57,725 nt of DNA from a virus (lineage: Duplodnaviria > Caudoviricetes). Shown piece after piece: positions 18,101-24,487 of this stretch. Below the pieces are notes generated by a model. That model worked only from the letters and a program-made list of their open reading frames with translations, did no database searches and was not told where the DNA came from. Each line of letters opens with the position of its first letter. The first letter of the stretch is position 1. The stretch spans positions 1 to 57,725 of the IMG/VR virus record IMGVR_UViG_3300034064_000874. One strand, 5' to 3'. The position numbers and the translations under genes were made by a program.

Positions 18101-21029
18101 TGTTGAGGAGGATTACATCGGGCCGGGATCCGATGATGGCGCCGTCTCGGTCGAGCTCGGTGGTTCCGTCTTCGTGCTCGATGTAGACGACACGGTGGCC
18201 GAATACCTGCGCAATAGACTCAGCAATTCGTCGTTGCACAAATCCGCGACGGGGCAGCGCGGTTGCGGTTTTGATCTTCTGGAGAAGTACGCCTCCACTA
18301 TCTCCAGCTCCTCCGGCGTTAAGGGTGTCAACTGCTGTGTTGTATTCGTCGATGACATCTTGGTCGTTCGCCTTCGTGTTGCTGGCCGCAATATCGGATT
18401 GTACGCCCTGGCTTGCAAGATACTGCTCCGGCGTAATCAGCGGCTGGCCCAGCTGCTTCTGCACGGCGTTCTGGCCGCGCAGCTCACTCTCCTGCTTGGC
18501 GGTCAGTTGAGTCGGCAAAGATTTGTTGCCAGCTGGCCTGGATACACCCTTGATCGTCCGTCTAACCGGAAGCGGCAGCTGATCCCAGTTCTGACTTTTG
18601 ATCTCCGGCATCTCGAGCTCTTCAGCCCAGACGGATTTACCGGCTTCGTCCAGGGTGTCCCAGTAGTCCTTGGTGTTCTGCTCGGGCTGACGCTCTAGTG
18701 CAGGCTCGCTGACAGGATTGTTGGCCGTTGATGCAGTGGTAGTTGCTCCGACATTTCCATCAGCTGATCCACCCTCAAGTCGATCTCGTCCATCAACAGT
18801 GCCAATTCCAGCTCCTCCTTCTGCTCCCTGAGCGAGAGCACTTCCTGCTGCAGTTCCTGGAGCAATTTCTCCAGTGCCTGCCGTGGGATCATTGGCATTG
18901 GGATTCTCCGTGGTGCCGGCGCTTACCTGCCCGCCGGCTGGCATAGGAATAGATCCGGGCGCTTGGCCCGGAAGGTTTAGCAGCCCTTCTTGCCCGGACG
19001 TCCCGGCATTGGCTTCTTGGTTTTGCCCTTCATTGGTGGTCTCCTGAGTGGCGGTGGTAGTTTCTCGATCAGCATTGAGCTGATCCAGGGCTTCAAACGC
19101 ATCCACGTCGGTCGGATGCTGGCTGATGACGGTCCCGGTGTTGGTATCAACAATCTGGAACTCGTTGTCAGAGACTTGCCGGATCTCCGGCGCGATATCG
19201 GTTACCTGCGGCCCTTGGGCGGCATCGACGGCTTGGGATTGCCCTTCTTGGATGGGGGCTTGGGTTGTTCCTGTTGGTTCTGCAGGCGCCGTACTTGCGC
19301 CAGCGGGATCTTGGGCATTGGTGTCTCCTGGAATGCCGGTGGATGAAATGGAGGTGTCTTCGGCTTGGTCTCGCTCAGCCGGCATCGTCGCGGCCGCAGC
19401 AAGACGCCGAGCCATGATGTCGCGGGCCTGCTTGGCGCGCTCAATTCCAGAGAGTCCTGGGTCGGTCTCGGTCTTCAGAATCTCCATGAACATGGGATTC
19501 TTGTTGTAGAGCGACTCGATCTTGTTTTCGGATGACCAGCGTTTGGCCGCCACATCAGCTGCCTTTCCAAGCAGCACCTGGCCGCCGGTTCCGACCAACG
19601 TGGCAACAGCCGTCTGTATCGCTGCAGACGGACGCTCGGCCATGAATTCCTTGGCGGTCTTGTCTGGGTTCAGCTCAACCCACTTATCGAGATCCTGCAG
19701 GAATGTGGCGGCTTGCTCGCCCAGCATTTCTGGAACCAGCTGCTTGGCAAAGGTTTTCCAGAGGGCGTCATTGGCCTTCAAGCTGCCCAGCAACTTGCCC
19801 ATCGGGATAGTCTCAGTGCCGACCTCGATAATGCCCTGGGTTGTCCCGTAGAGTGCAGCTCGCTCCGGGCTTTTGCCGGCATCACGCGCTTCTCCATAGG
19901 ACTGACCACCCGACATGACGCCCATCGGGGCCAGCGCCATCAGCGGATTGCCAGTGACAACAGCCGCCGGGATCGTCATCAGATTCTGGGTGATCGACTG
20001 CATACCGGAGTACACGCCAGATGCCAGATCGCTGTCGGCCTGTGGGGTGAGTCGCTCGGCAATCGTCTTTTGCCCCTGACGCGCCTTACTGTAGGTCTGC
20101 GCCAGTTGCTGGACCGGATCCTGCACACCAAAAGCGTTGAATACGGGTCCGGTCAGATATTTGTTTGTGGCTTCGGCGCCGGCTTGCAAAGTACCAAGGA
20201 CGCCTTCACTGCCCCGATAAACACCGGACAGCGCAGCGGATCCAAGGTTCTTGGCGGCCTGGCCCGGGTTGTTGACCACGCTTTTCGGGTCCATCACCTG
20301 GTTGTAGGCGAAGTCCTCCACCGCATTGCCGGCGTCGCTGATTAGGTTCTTGCCGCGCTGTAGCAGGGACGGCGGTTGTGCGGGAGGCTCGGCGGGCGCT
20401 GAGACAGCTTCCTGCTGGCTCGAAAATGGAACCTCTGCGGCATCTGCTTCGGTGAAGATCTTCATGCCGCCATCAGAAGGCGAGGCATCCGACGTAACAC
20501 CACCATTCCACGCCGCCAGAATCTGCCGAGCATTTCGCCGACGCGCTCCTAAAGCAGGGACTCCAGGACGCTCGAAACCAGACATGTCGCCTGGTTGCCC
20601 CATGAAATTGGTGGTCGCCTGATCAAGGCTGCCAGACCGCTTCAGCGTCTCGAAAGCCGGCCTCTCGCTGGTCAATAACTCCTGCTTGAGGAACTGAAAG
20701 TTGGCATCATCAGACGCTGGGTCGAGATTGTTCGCCTTAACAAACTCCTCAAACTGACGACGACGCGGACCTGTCCACTGGGCCCATCCAAATCCACCAC
20801 GACCACTGACAGGCTTGATCTCCTGCATCTGCTTGAATCCACCGGACTCATGCCACAGGTTGCCCATAACCCCGGCCGCTTGCTCTGGAGTCATCCGCAA
20901 ATCCGGATCATCGATCAGGCGCTGAACACCCGACAGGGCAATATCCATGCTCGAACGGCGCTCGGGCTTGGCATCAGCCAAAGAGGGACCGGCCGATACC
21001 TGATTACCGTCTTCGTCGAATGCCAACAT
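9168..21029 (-). CDS. Giant polyvalent internal virion/ejection protein (3953 aa): tail-lysozyme, zincin, HhH-like, ART-like, GNAT-like and LPD38-like domains
   Basis: AAGVMGNLWHESGG...GWAQWT lysozyme; HELTH; GPKIG...TMDRW...QALIW; HYS...YFY; G.RGSELY; C-terminal IPMPLG...FNPIG...SPTPDQLDY; last gene of the virion operon. Confidence 0.88.
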   Translation of the reverse strand: MLAFDEDGNQVSAGPSLADAKPERRSSMDIALSGVQRLIDDPDLRMTPEQAAGVMGNLWHESGGFKQMQEIKPVSGRGGFGWAQWTGPRRRQFEEFVKANNLDPASDDANFQFLKQELLTSERPAFETLKRSGSLDQATTNFMGQPGDMSGFERPGVPALGARRRNARQILAAWNGGVTSDASPSDGGMKIFTEADAAEVPFSSQQEAVSAPAEPPAQPPSLLQRGKNLISDAGNAVEDFAYNQVMDPKSVVNNPGQAAKNLGSAALSGVYRGSEGVLGTLQAGAEATNKYLTGPVFNAFGVQDPVQQLAQTYSKARQGQKTIAERLTPQADSDLASGVYSGMQSITQNLMTIPAAVVTGNPLMALAPMGVMSGGQSYGEARDAGKSPERAALYGTTQGIIEVGTETIPMGKLLGSLKANDALWKTFAKQLVPEMLGEQAATFLQDLDKWVELNPDKTAKEFMAERPSAAIQTAVATLVGTGGQVLLGKAADVAAKRWSSENKIESLYNKNPMFMEILKTETDPGLSGIERAKQARDIMARRLAAAATMPAERDQAEDTSISSTGIPGDTNAQDPAGASTAPAEPTGTTQAPIQEGQSQAVDAAQGPQVTDIAPEIRQVSDNEFQIVDTNTGTVISQHPTDVDAFEALDQLNADRETTTATQETTNEGQNQEANAGTSGQEGLLNLPGQAPGSIPMPAGGQVSAGTTENPNANDPTAGTGEIAPGTAAGSALAQGAEGGAGIGTVDGRDRLEGGSADGNVGATTTASTANNPVSEPALERQPEQNTKDYWDTLDEAGKSVWAEELEMPEIKSQNWDQLPLPVRRTIKGVSRPAGNKSLPTQLTAKQESELRGQNAVQKQLGQPLITPEQYLASQGVQSDIAASNTKANDQDVIDEYNTAVDTLNAGGAGDSGGVLLQKIKTATALPRRGFVQRRIAESIAQVFGHRVVYIEHEDGTTELDRDGAIIGSRPDVILLNKNSQDTFSRVVAHELTHGLRRRAPKIYADMVTALREVYSPIGVSMHLGERNYEQELPKKGDTISAYPGLTDPSRNEEEWVSDFVSDVIHKPTALFRVAVAMNKQRPGSGGKFLRAVDGFMSGLIQKLQGAGFNAEAAIAKKDLQRARNAVTEALAQYANAQQTGTEPEFDGPEILESKKRLTEEEKAEKAQERERQKAEKEREKADRRAEKNTLAAKGFDSEPTNKRVIPATLEEINFINAAVDLAKSRQWKTGRDLRVELDRRINRVAKAAGVDLKAKDQSTYDYLVGIAIREAQEALKTNSSAIGWYDGKLTVAMDIMGEIYLELRDDPQARFGFIWALAVTSNGMKVDRNFELADKVYAHLRVHGRMPENIGEGPAKAKIDEGLATYNEYMDKWGYDRLQSFMTTLRPVREIEQLTGKTISGEGKDEMVYGSIILGPKIGNGFFSNLYGHYEQLTMDRWFMRTWNRWTGDLVTIDPAAIKAKRQSLDSLIRMLDAQERRSLQEIIGGKLLLGDLDGTAALIVGASQKPENRDAMNPIGERDPKQFIEIYGEPRSGQARTNMGAEIRKAGNNLVRQLQGLNDAPKGVNQRKFIRAVFNDALTRLQEVHDRLTMADFQALIWYPEKKRLYEAAKVKEDKGEDYEPDEAPDYANAARNLRASKGDFRGTIGPATGFRGGQRKLDAGDDSVGGRVRQDNGAGQADIPASNRRDSGVNAELAPNPDYIKAGAQGAAAKFDGLPYKDKLRVTRKVGDVVLPKVLNKLGITDFRLEYTMGGFEGLVNPSITIHFGESVSYDQQLEAAKIVGLLWKQKAMIAYNENDKQTGVQNQFVKVIPSKKLSVTEEADLFRVINQRYPDAQGVSTRDGSLVFGNFSEGKVAEQTFHDGIDSAISGIESDVEYETTSTTFRSDWIEPDTLEGYLEGTRYGKSDSAGSQAGRDIPRWKRDFDAIQAESDRLFDEAVGPDIPASNRRPNDPGNERAGSSSAAGDRPGYGQTKRGGVRAVGVHYSSAERKELDGSKYGTGATGAEAERVKNAADQRLANRIYFYINAGQGVSPEQGVGGNAHTVLLKNLYDIDADPLSIAENITGANSEERDNNMESAVIDAGFDGYVADFGNQRAAVLIGDHKVPVRFEGQGRPQVEPGERAEPNANKRLARLMGKDWSRKTPQAWGEYVKSINPSLYDRYAASFTGTSEKFWPDEMASRAKKGAAVDIPASNRRIPTATKLRARQTLTELAKFDQLFMSPKSDAKTMQDIANDINPDIEVKASRDGRNWTIIMEDGSPAFVKTDSDDKLYVDASNLESGKSRGSELYSIIGAYAHNNGLVFKGDPDGLSKKAMIRRTEQMLSSALKYGTTRHLEPHELQNIEWIEGDDAGNLDRLIEKSYRNAVEGNREAGYAGVEGLDDIQFNFKTRQFEQISSGKVFTDDDFRNLSAGAKARLGQSTSNPTGGERPSTPGRTTLKRAALLASLLRETGSRVPGERRGSGRDGILAESAGDSGPVGLNELPPALDGILYSNRRNPNPTFYSQLARGFESSKMNSMPGSQWRAWLFSNKAKLGIKDDEIAWTGIEDYLTLNAKEKLTKADIASYLADNGVRVEEVMKGGKMAPPKELQDYVDYYGGDTSTTDGLLEIARETEQDAQRFQRNGMPDQAQARFRIAELANEMAERGEVGAAAPKFASYTIPGGTNYQELLITLPEREPRNLNDIAQDMFGRRFSDLEDDDANAVTRAEREQKKAENYRSSHWNEPNVLAHLRFDERTDADGNKVMFIQELQSDWGQEGKKRGFATKKSGQFTVDRSDPDAVFIRNEAGEQVGGYSVNLAYGQSDEQLIELYQSGLGGTDGTIPQAPFVTDTKSWLSLGLKRAIRFASENGFDKIAFANGQQNADLYDLSKQVAGITWENTEKDNVLLQAKGFDNNYLINETMPSTKVDDYIGKELGDKIRSSIDRGVYSGGFTGEGLKVGGEGMRKFYDQIVPQTANEVLKKLGGQRLSMVSISTAQDLSDTPEDLVVRINETSGGRFRVGVGAGEARRAETFDTREQAQAWADEQVAAAESGRYSSQPGFDITPALQDKALDGMPLFSNRRNVLNQPALATWTTPDDSKLDNYVYLLQDKHIDTKRIVEKLGSRVSDAWDPYLKETLYHGRAAKDVDDFKVNEIKPLLRAMSTRGITIGELETFLHNRHAKEANEQIARINEAYPDGGSGILTQDAQDYLNNLPAGKRTDLEAMAAQIDAITAGTRRLLVDSGLETQDTIDAWEATYADYVPLQRESEDVLNRGMGTGQGFSTKGPASKRRTGSGKAVVDILANVMMQRERAITRAEKNKVGLALYGLAIQNPNPEFWYPVNPDAVKKPASVAQELVNNGMLESDLAGIIQEPTVASVNPRTGLVEYKINPALRNRDNVLAVRIKGKDRFLFFSTENERAVRMAQSLKNLDAPEMHGLLNAFRYITRYVSSINTQYNPIFGVVNLLRDTQGAMLNLSTTPIAGKQTEVAAKIAPAMAGIYGDLRADRKGKPRKGSAWSQLWEEFQSIGGKTGYRDMYATADDRMKALEKELKAIQDGKVKRLTRGLFDWLSDYNETLENAVRLSAYKVGTESGMSKEQAAVMAKELTVNFNRKGQIASQAGALYAFFNAAVQGTARLAETVKGPAGKKIVAGGLIMGVVQAAIMAAAGYDDDEPPEFLRERNFIIPMPNGKYVSIPMPLGFHVLPNTGRVLTEIAINPDGAGKKIAGLLGSFFDAFNPIGSAGWSVQTIAPTFADPLVALSENRDSFGKEIAKKDRSSTSPTPGFTRTKDTASWLSKQLAWGLNRITGGTDYTQGALSPTPDQLDYVFSQATGGVGREVMKIEQAASAWMTGEELPPYKYPLGVGRFVGDVKSQSAESNRFYANLTRLNELESEIKGRAKDGKDVAGFLRSNPLAALVPAGNQMERAVSELRSKKRKLIAQNAPKATIKALDGQIATQMKVLNDRVKEVNR
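13586..13819 (-). CDS. Nested +1-frame ORF (77 aa, MTTSEIYRPGPRLDLDNLPPIPQEEKDRRLRAALRLK...)
   Basis: GGAAGGT about 8 nt before ATG; protein-like sequence over a G/R-rich linker of the host gene. Confidence 0.5.
   Translation of the reverse strand: MTTSEIYRPGPRLDLDNLPPIPQEEKDRRLRAALRLKERRSSHPFYGRRAAECRARGGEAAEMEYWLNLQGTAVLSD
15050..15322 (-). CDS. Nested +1-frame ORF (90 aa, MAKVTRRDPRPGETFLGG...)
   Basis: AGAGGG RBS about 8 nt before ATG. Confidence 0.55.
   Translation of the reverse strand: MAKVTRRDPRPGETFLGGSGILTPYRPNLTASSMKPSDQTSQPATDDPMIPAMNGLEAALRRATDRGMAKQKEAASAQSASTTPAQNAKS
15944..16171 (-). CDS. Nested +1-frame acidic ORF (75 aa, MSQMKPQITRTQQEISELLKG...)
   Basis: AAGGTG 6 nt before ATG; acidic, helical-looking sequence. 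Confidence 0.5.
   Translation of the reverse strand: MSQMKPQITRTQQEISELLKGISVEPSDPQRDFEADNESWTPEMIVSAEEFDRITGLDKQTSQPATDETPESTQN
18113..18358 (-). CDS. Nested +1-frame ORF (81 aa, MSSTNTTQQLTPLTPEELEIVEAYFSRR...)
   Basis: Protein-like N-terminal half; weak RBS (AAGG 12 nt upstream). Confidence 0.4.
   Translation of the reverse strand: MSSTNTTQQLTPLTPEELEIVEAYFSRRSKPQPRCPVADLCNDELLSLLRRYSATVSSTSSTKTEPPSSTETAPSSDPGPM
18695..18898 (-). CDS. Nested +1-frame acidic coiled-coil ORF (67 aa, MPMIPRQALEKLLQELQQE...)
   Basis: GGAG-N7-ATG; strong heptad pattern. Confidence 0.62.
   Translation of the reverse strand: MPMIPRQALEKLLQELQQEVLSLREQKEELELALLMDEIDLRVDQLMEMSEQLPLHQRPTILSASLH
18977..19033 (-). 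CDS. Nested +1-frame basic peptide MKGKTKKPMPGRPGKKGC
   Basis: CAGGAG-N7-ATG; TAA stop. Confidence 0.55.
   Translation of the reverse strand: MKGKTKKPMPGRPGKKGC
19202..19318 (-). CDS. Nested +1-frame basic peptide MPKIPLAQVRRLQNQQEQPKPPSKKGNPKPSMPPKGRR
   Basis: CAGGAG-N6-ATG. Confidence 0.55.
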   Translation of the reverse strand: MPKIPLAQVRRLQNQQEQPKPPSKKGNPKPSMPPKGRR

Positions 21030-22448
21030 TTATTTCACCTGCGAAAAAGCGACTTTGATGGGATTACCTTTCTCATCGAACGTATTGACGACCCAATAGG
21101 TGTGGCCGTCTTTGGCGGCGAACAGCTCCTGCTCGCCAGTGCTGGCCGCAAGCTCTGCCTTTTCCTGGGGTATGCCACCGACCGTCACCAGGCCTTGAAC
21201 AGTGCGGATATACTTCTGCCGCTGAGCAAGAAGCTCTTCCTTGCCTGCGCGGTACTTTTCTCCCAGAGGATCATTCGCCGGCGGCGTTTTGGGCTCATCC
21301 GGAATCGGGAAATACTGATTGGCGACGGACTCGGCGCGCTTGATATCGAACCCACCGCCGGATCCGCTGTTTTTGCTGACTGATCCAAGCCCCTTGCTGT
21401 CAGCCTCGGCCCAGTTCTTGTCCTGCTTGGATAGCTCCGTGTCGCTCTGGGCCATTTTGAGATTGAGCTCAGCCTGCTTGATCTGCCTTTCCAGTTCGCT
21501 CTTGCTGCCGTAATCGCCAATCTCGAGACGCTTCTGCAGAGCCTCCAACTGATTCTTGGCGGTCAAGGCGTTCTGATTGTTGATGTAGGCCTCATCACGG
21601 GCCGAAATAGGCTTCGGCGCCCCGTAGGCCAGCGACCTGGAGAATTCCTGCGCCTGCTGACGGATGGTGGGATTCCTGGACAGCATGCGGTTGAACTTGG
21701 CCAGGCCAGTCAGCTTCCGGGCGGCTTCTGATTCTGTCAGCGCCAGTAGCGGGTCGTCGGGGAGAGAGCTGGCAAACTGGGTCGCGGGGGCGTCGTACTC
21801 GGCAAACTCGCCTTTGGCATTGGCGCCCTTGACTCTGAGCATGGGGACGACCTTGCCGTTGACGCGATGGAACCCGACCGGCTCCTTCACAGCGACCCGG
21901 ATCTCTGCCCCGGTTTTCGGGTCACGACCCACATCGCCCAGGTTTCGATTGAAGACAGGCGTCAGCGCCGGCAACAATCGCTTGGCGACTTCTGGATCAT
22001 CAATGGGGATCTGGCCTGAGCGAACGCCTTTGGCCAGATTGTTGATGGTGTCGGCGTCATCTTCCATGTTGAGCATGGGCGCCATGCCGAAGTCCACCAG
22101 CTGCCGATAGTCGTCTTCGTTGATGGAGTCCTTCTTGAGGATGGCTTCGATGACGGGGAACTGAGCCTGCTTGTTGGCCTGCTCCATCGCCAGTCTTTCC
22201 TTGGCAATTTCTAGGCCGCCCTTTTCTTCGTTCATCCGCAACTGCCGTTCCTGGCGGTTGTTGTCCAGCTCCATGTTCTTGGCTTGCGCCTCGTACCAGC
22301 GGTCCTGGGTTTCCTGCCCTTTCCTCAGGCGCTCGGATTCGGCTCGCTGCAGGTCGCGGTTGACGGAGGAGTTGTAGAGGTCGTTTGCGTTCTGCAGGCC
22401 CTGGGTCAAGCCCTGGGTGAAGCCGCGCATTGCAAAGCCGTTGGCCAT
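21030..22448 (-). CDS. Putative internal virion/ejection protein
   Basis: MANGFAMRGFTQGLTQG N-terminus; Q/E-rich coiled coils; position; GGAG RBS. Confidence 0.75.
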   Translation of the reverse strand: MANGFAMRGFTQGLTQGLQNANDLYNSSVNRDLQRAESERLRKGQETQDRWYEAQAKNMELDNNRQERQLRMNEEKGGLEIAKERLAMEQANKQAQFPVIEAILKKDSINEDDYRQLVDFGMAPMLNMEDDADTINNLAKGVRSGQIPIDDPEVAKRLLPALTPVFNRNLGDVGRDPKTGAEIRVAVKEPVGFHRVNGKVVPMLRVKGANAKGEFAEYDAPATQFASSLPDDPLLALTESEAARKLTGLAKFNRMLSRNPTIRQQAQEFSRSLAYGAPKPISARDEAYINNQNALTAKNQLEALQKRLEIGDYGSKSELERQIKQAELNLKMAQSDTELSKQDKNWAEADSKGLGSVSKNSGSGGGFDIKRAESVANQYFPIPDEPKTPPANDPLGEKYRAGKEELLAQRQKYIRTVQGLVTVGGIPQEKAELAASTGEQELFAAKDGHTYWVVNTFDEKGNPIKVAFSQVK

Positions 22449-22527
22449 GTTGAATCTCCAATAATGCGGCGTTTGTACCGCAAGGGAATCGTGTTCGGTG
22501 AACTACGTTTTGCCTGATCGACAGGCG

Positions 22528-22551
22528 CAAAAAAGCCCGCGAGAAGCGGGC
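22528..22551 (-). terminator. Rho-independent terminator
   Basis: GCCCGC-TTCTC-GCGGGC followed by a T-run on the - strand. Confidence 0.7.
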
Positions 22552-22575
22552 CTGGTTCTGGTGGATCTGGGCCGG

Positions 22576-22761
22576 CTACTGGCCTAGCACATAGCCAAGA
22601 AATGTCCCCCACAAGAACGATGTAGAGGCGTCATCCTCCTCTGGTTCTGGGGTCGTAATGATCTTGAAATATTTATCTGGATTGGCTGCGCTTATCGCTG
22701 AGGTTGCTGTTGTACTTGTTGCTGCCATTGCTGCTGCCATTGCTATTTCAATGCCGAACAT
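22576..22761 (-). CDS. Small hypothetical protein (lower GC)
   Basis: GGAGGA RBS; 61 aa; hydrophobic C-terminus. Confidence 0.55.
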   Translation of the reverse strand: MFGIEIAMAAAMAATSTTATSAISAANPDKYFKIITTPEPEEDDASTSFLWGTFLGYVLGQ

Positions 22762-22777
22762 AAATTGATCCTCCGAG

Positions 22778-23482
22778 CTACATTAAAAGATCCATCATCG
22801 GGCGCTGCTCCCGTCCTGGGATACCCTTTGAGACCTTCGCCACGTCATCCGGATACTGCTGCTGAAGCTGGTAGACCTGGGCCAGTTGCTGGATCATCTG
22901 CTGCACTTCCGGCTGGGTCAGCTCACGCGGTTTTCCGCCTTGCGCTTCCGGCACCCGGGCCTCGGTCAGCATCGCCTCGTAGGGTTCTCTGGTCGGCTGA
23001 CCATCCTCGTCGGTCGGCTGCACCAGCAACTTGACCTGCATGGTGTTGCGCTCGGTGGGGATCAGATCGGCAATCGCCACATCACCTACCATCTCGCCAT
23101 CACCCAGCGGAGAGCCGATGGACTGGCCGATGATCGGCCTCAGCGCCAGGGTCAGCGCCTCCAGCGTCTGCGGATTGCGGAAGGCGGCCTGGCCTTTCGT
23201 CTGGAATTCCTGGCCAGCCTGCTGCAATACCTGCAGTGCAGGGCCAATGTTGGGGTTGGAGACCAGCCCCATCGCCGCTTCGGCGGCCATGTCTGCGCTG
23301 TCATCCATGTCGTCATCGCCGGCATAGCGATCCATCATGGCCTGCTCTGCCATTTGCCCAGCCATCGCCGGAGCTTGCCCGGCTATTGCTGGATCTTGTC
23401 CAGCTACCATGGTTTCCCGTGGACCCGGCTGGGGCGGCTGCTGGGGTTGTTGAGGTTGTACCGAGGCAAGTCCTGGCATCAT
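22778..23482 (-). CDS. Putative virion/ejection-associated protein
   Basis: Q/M/A-rich; C-terminal half resembles the core of the 472-aa neighbour. Confidence 0.7.
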   Translation of the reverse strand: MMPGLASVQPQQPQQPPQPGPRETMVAGQDPAIAGQAPAMAGQMAEQAMMDRYAGDDDMDDSADMAAEAAMGLVSNPNIGPALQVLQQAGQEFQTKGQAAFRNPQTLEALTLALRPIIGQSIGSPLGDGEMVGDVAIADLIPTERNTMQVKLLVQPTDEDGQPTREPYEAMLTEARVPEAQGGKPRELTQPEVQQMIQQLAQVYQLQQQYPDDVAKVSKGIPGREQRPMMDLLM

Positions 23483-23483
23483 G

Positions 23484-24032
23484 TCAGTTACCGATAAAAT
23501 TGGACGGGAAGCCACTCAGGAGGCTGTTGAAAGCGCTTTTGAATCCGTCGCTGGTGTCATTCCAGGTGGATATCAGGCGGGAGCGTGTGGGTGATTTCGC
23601 GAAAACGATCGGGCGGTCCTTGAGAATATCCGGCATGGCATTTTCATCAATGGCACCGCGAATCGTGGCAGAGCCCAGGCCGTTCCCGGCATAGTCATCC
23701 ACGCGCTGACCCATTGTGCGATTGTCTTTCTCGGCAATCACCGAGCTTTCGCCCAGCACCTTATTCGGCGACACGGCCTCTTTCGACACCTTCCCAATGG
23801 CCTGTTCGCCGCCGGGGGGATTGTCCATCGGCTTGCTCTTCTTGTATTCGGAATAGCCCGCCATGCCCAGCCCGGCGACATTGCCGACCAGAGAGCCGAT
23901 CGCCTCGTTCTTGGCCTCGGACTCCTTCATCCGGTTTTCGTACTCGGCCCAAATCTTTTTGTTCTCCAGCTCGCCCAGGCGATCCATGTTCTGGAGCCCC
24001 ATCATTCCGTAATTGAAGCCGACGTTATTCAT
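23484..24032 (-). CDS. Putative ejection protein
   Basis: AIGSLVGNVAGLGMAG glycine-rich hydrophobic helix; position. Confidence 0.65.
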   Translation of the reverse strand: MNNVGFNYGMMGLQNMDRLGELENKKIWAEYENRMKESEAKNEAIGSLVGNVAGLGMAGYSEYKKSKPMDNPPGGEQAIGKVSKEAVSPNKVLGESSVIAEKDNRTMGQRVDDYAGNGLGSATIRGAIDENAMPDILKDRPIVFAKSPTRSRLISTWNDTSDGFKSAFNSLLSGFPSNFIGN

Positions 24033-24478
24033 ATTCCGGCAAACCTCATCTCGCGTTGCGCATTGGCCAGCCCGAGCCGGGCCTGGTTCTTGACGCCGAC
24101 CTTGGTGGACGCATCCGTCAGCGCCTGCTGTTGATCAAACGCCGTTTGCGAAGCAGGGTCCATATTGACGCCCATGCGACCCAGAGAGCGAGCCTGCATC
24201 CCCGGCGCCAGGTTAGGGCCATCCAGTGCCTGATCAACCTGCTTCAGGCCGGCCAGCATCAGCCCGCCCCGGGCAAATTCAGCCTGCCGGTTGGCGAAGC
24301 CTCGCTGCTTCTGCAGTGCCTGGTCGAACAGCTTCTCCGAAGCCATATAGCGGGAGAACGCCGCATTCGCCATCGGCGTGCTCTCGGCAATCATCTGCTG
24401 GCCAATTTCAAAATTGCCTTGCTGCAAAGGACTGAGTCCTTTAGGAGGTGCAGCGCCACCGCCTCCGCCCATGCCCAC
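24029..24478 (-). CDS. Putative ejection protein
   Basis: MGMGGGGG start; A/Q-rich; GGAGG RBS. Confidence 0.65.
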   Translation of the reverse strand: MGMGGGGGAAPPKGLSPLQQGNFEIGQQMIAESTPMANAAFSRYMASEKLFDQALQKQRGFANRQAEFARGGLMLAGLKQVDQALDGPNLAPGMQARSLGRMGVNMDPASQTAFDQQQALTDASTKVGVKNQARLGLANAQREMRFAGI

Positions 24479-24487
24479 GATGACCTC

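Noticed and set aside
9168-21029. DarB-type methyltransferase/SNF2 helicase assignment for the giant protein
   Set aside because: No NPPF/Y methyltransferase or helicase Walker/DExH motifs found by eye
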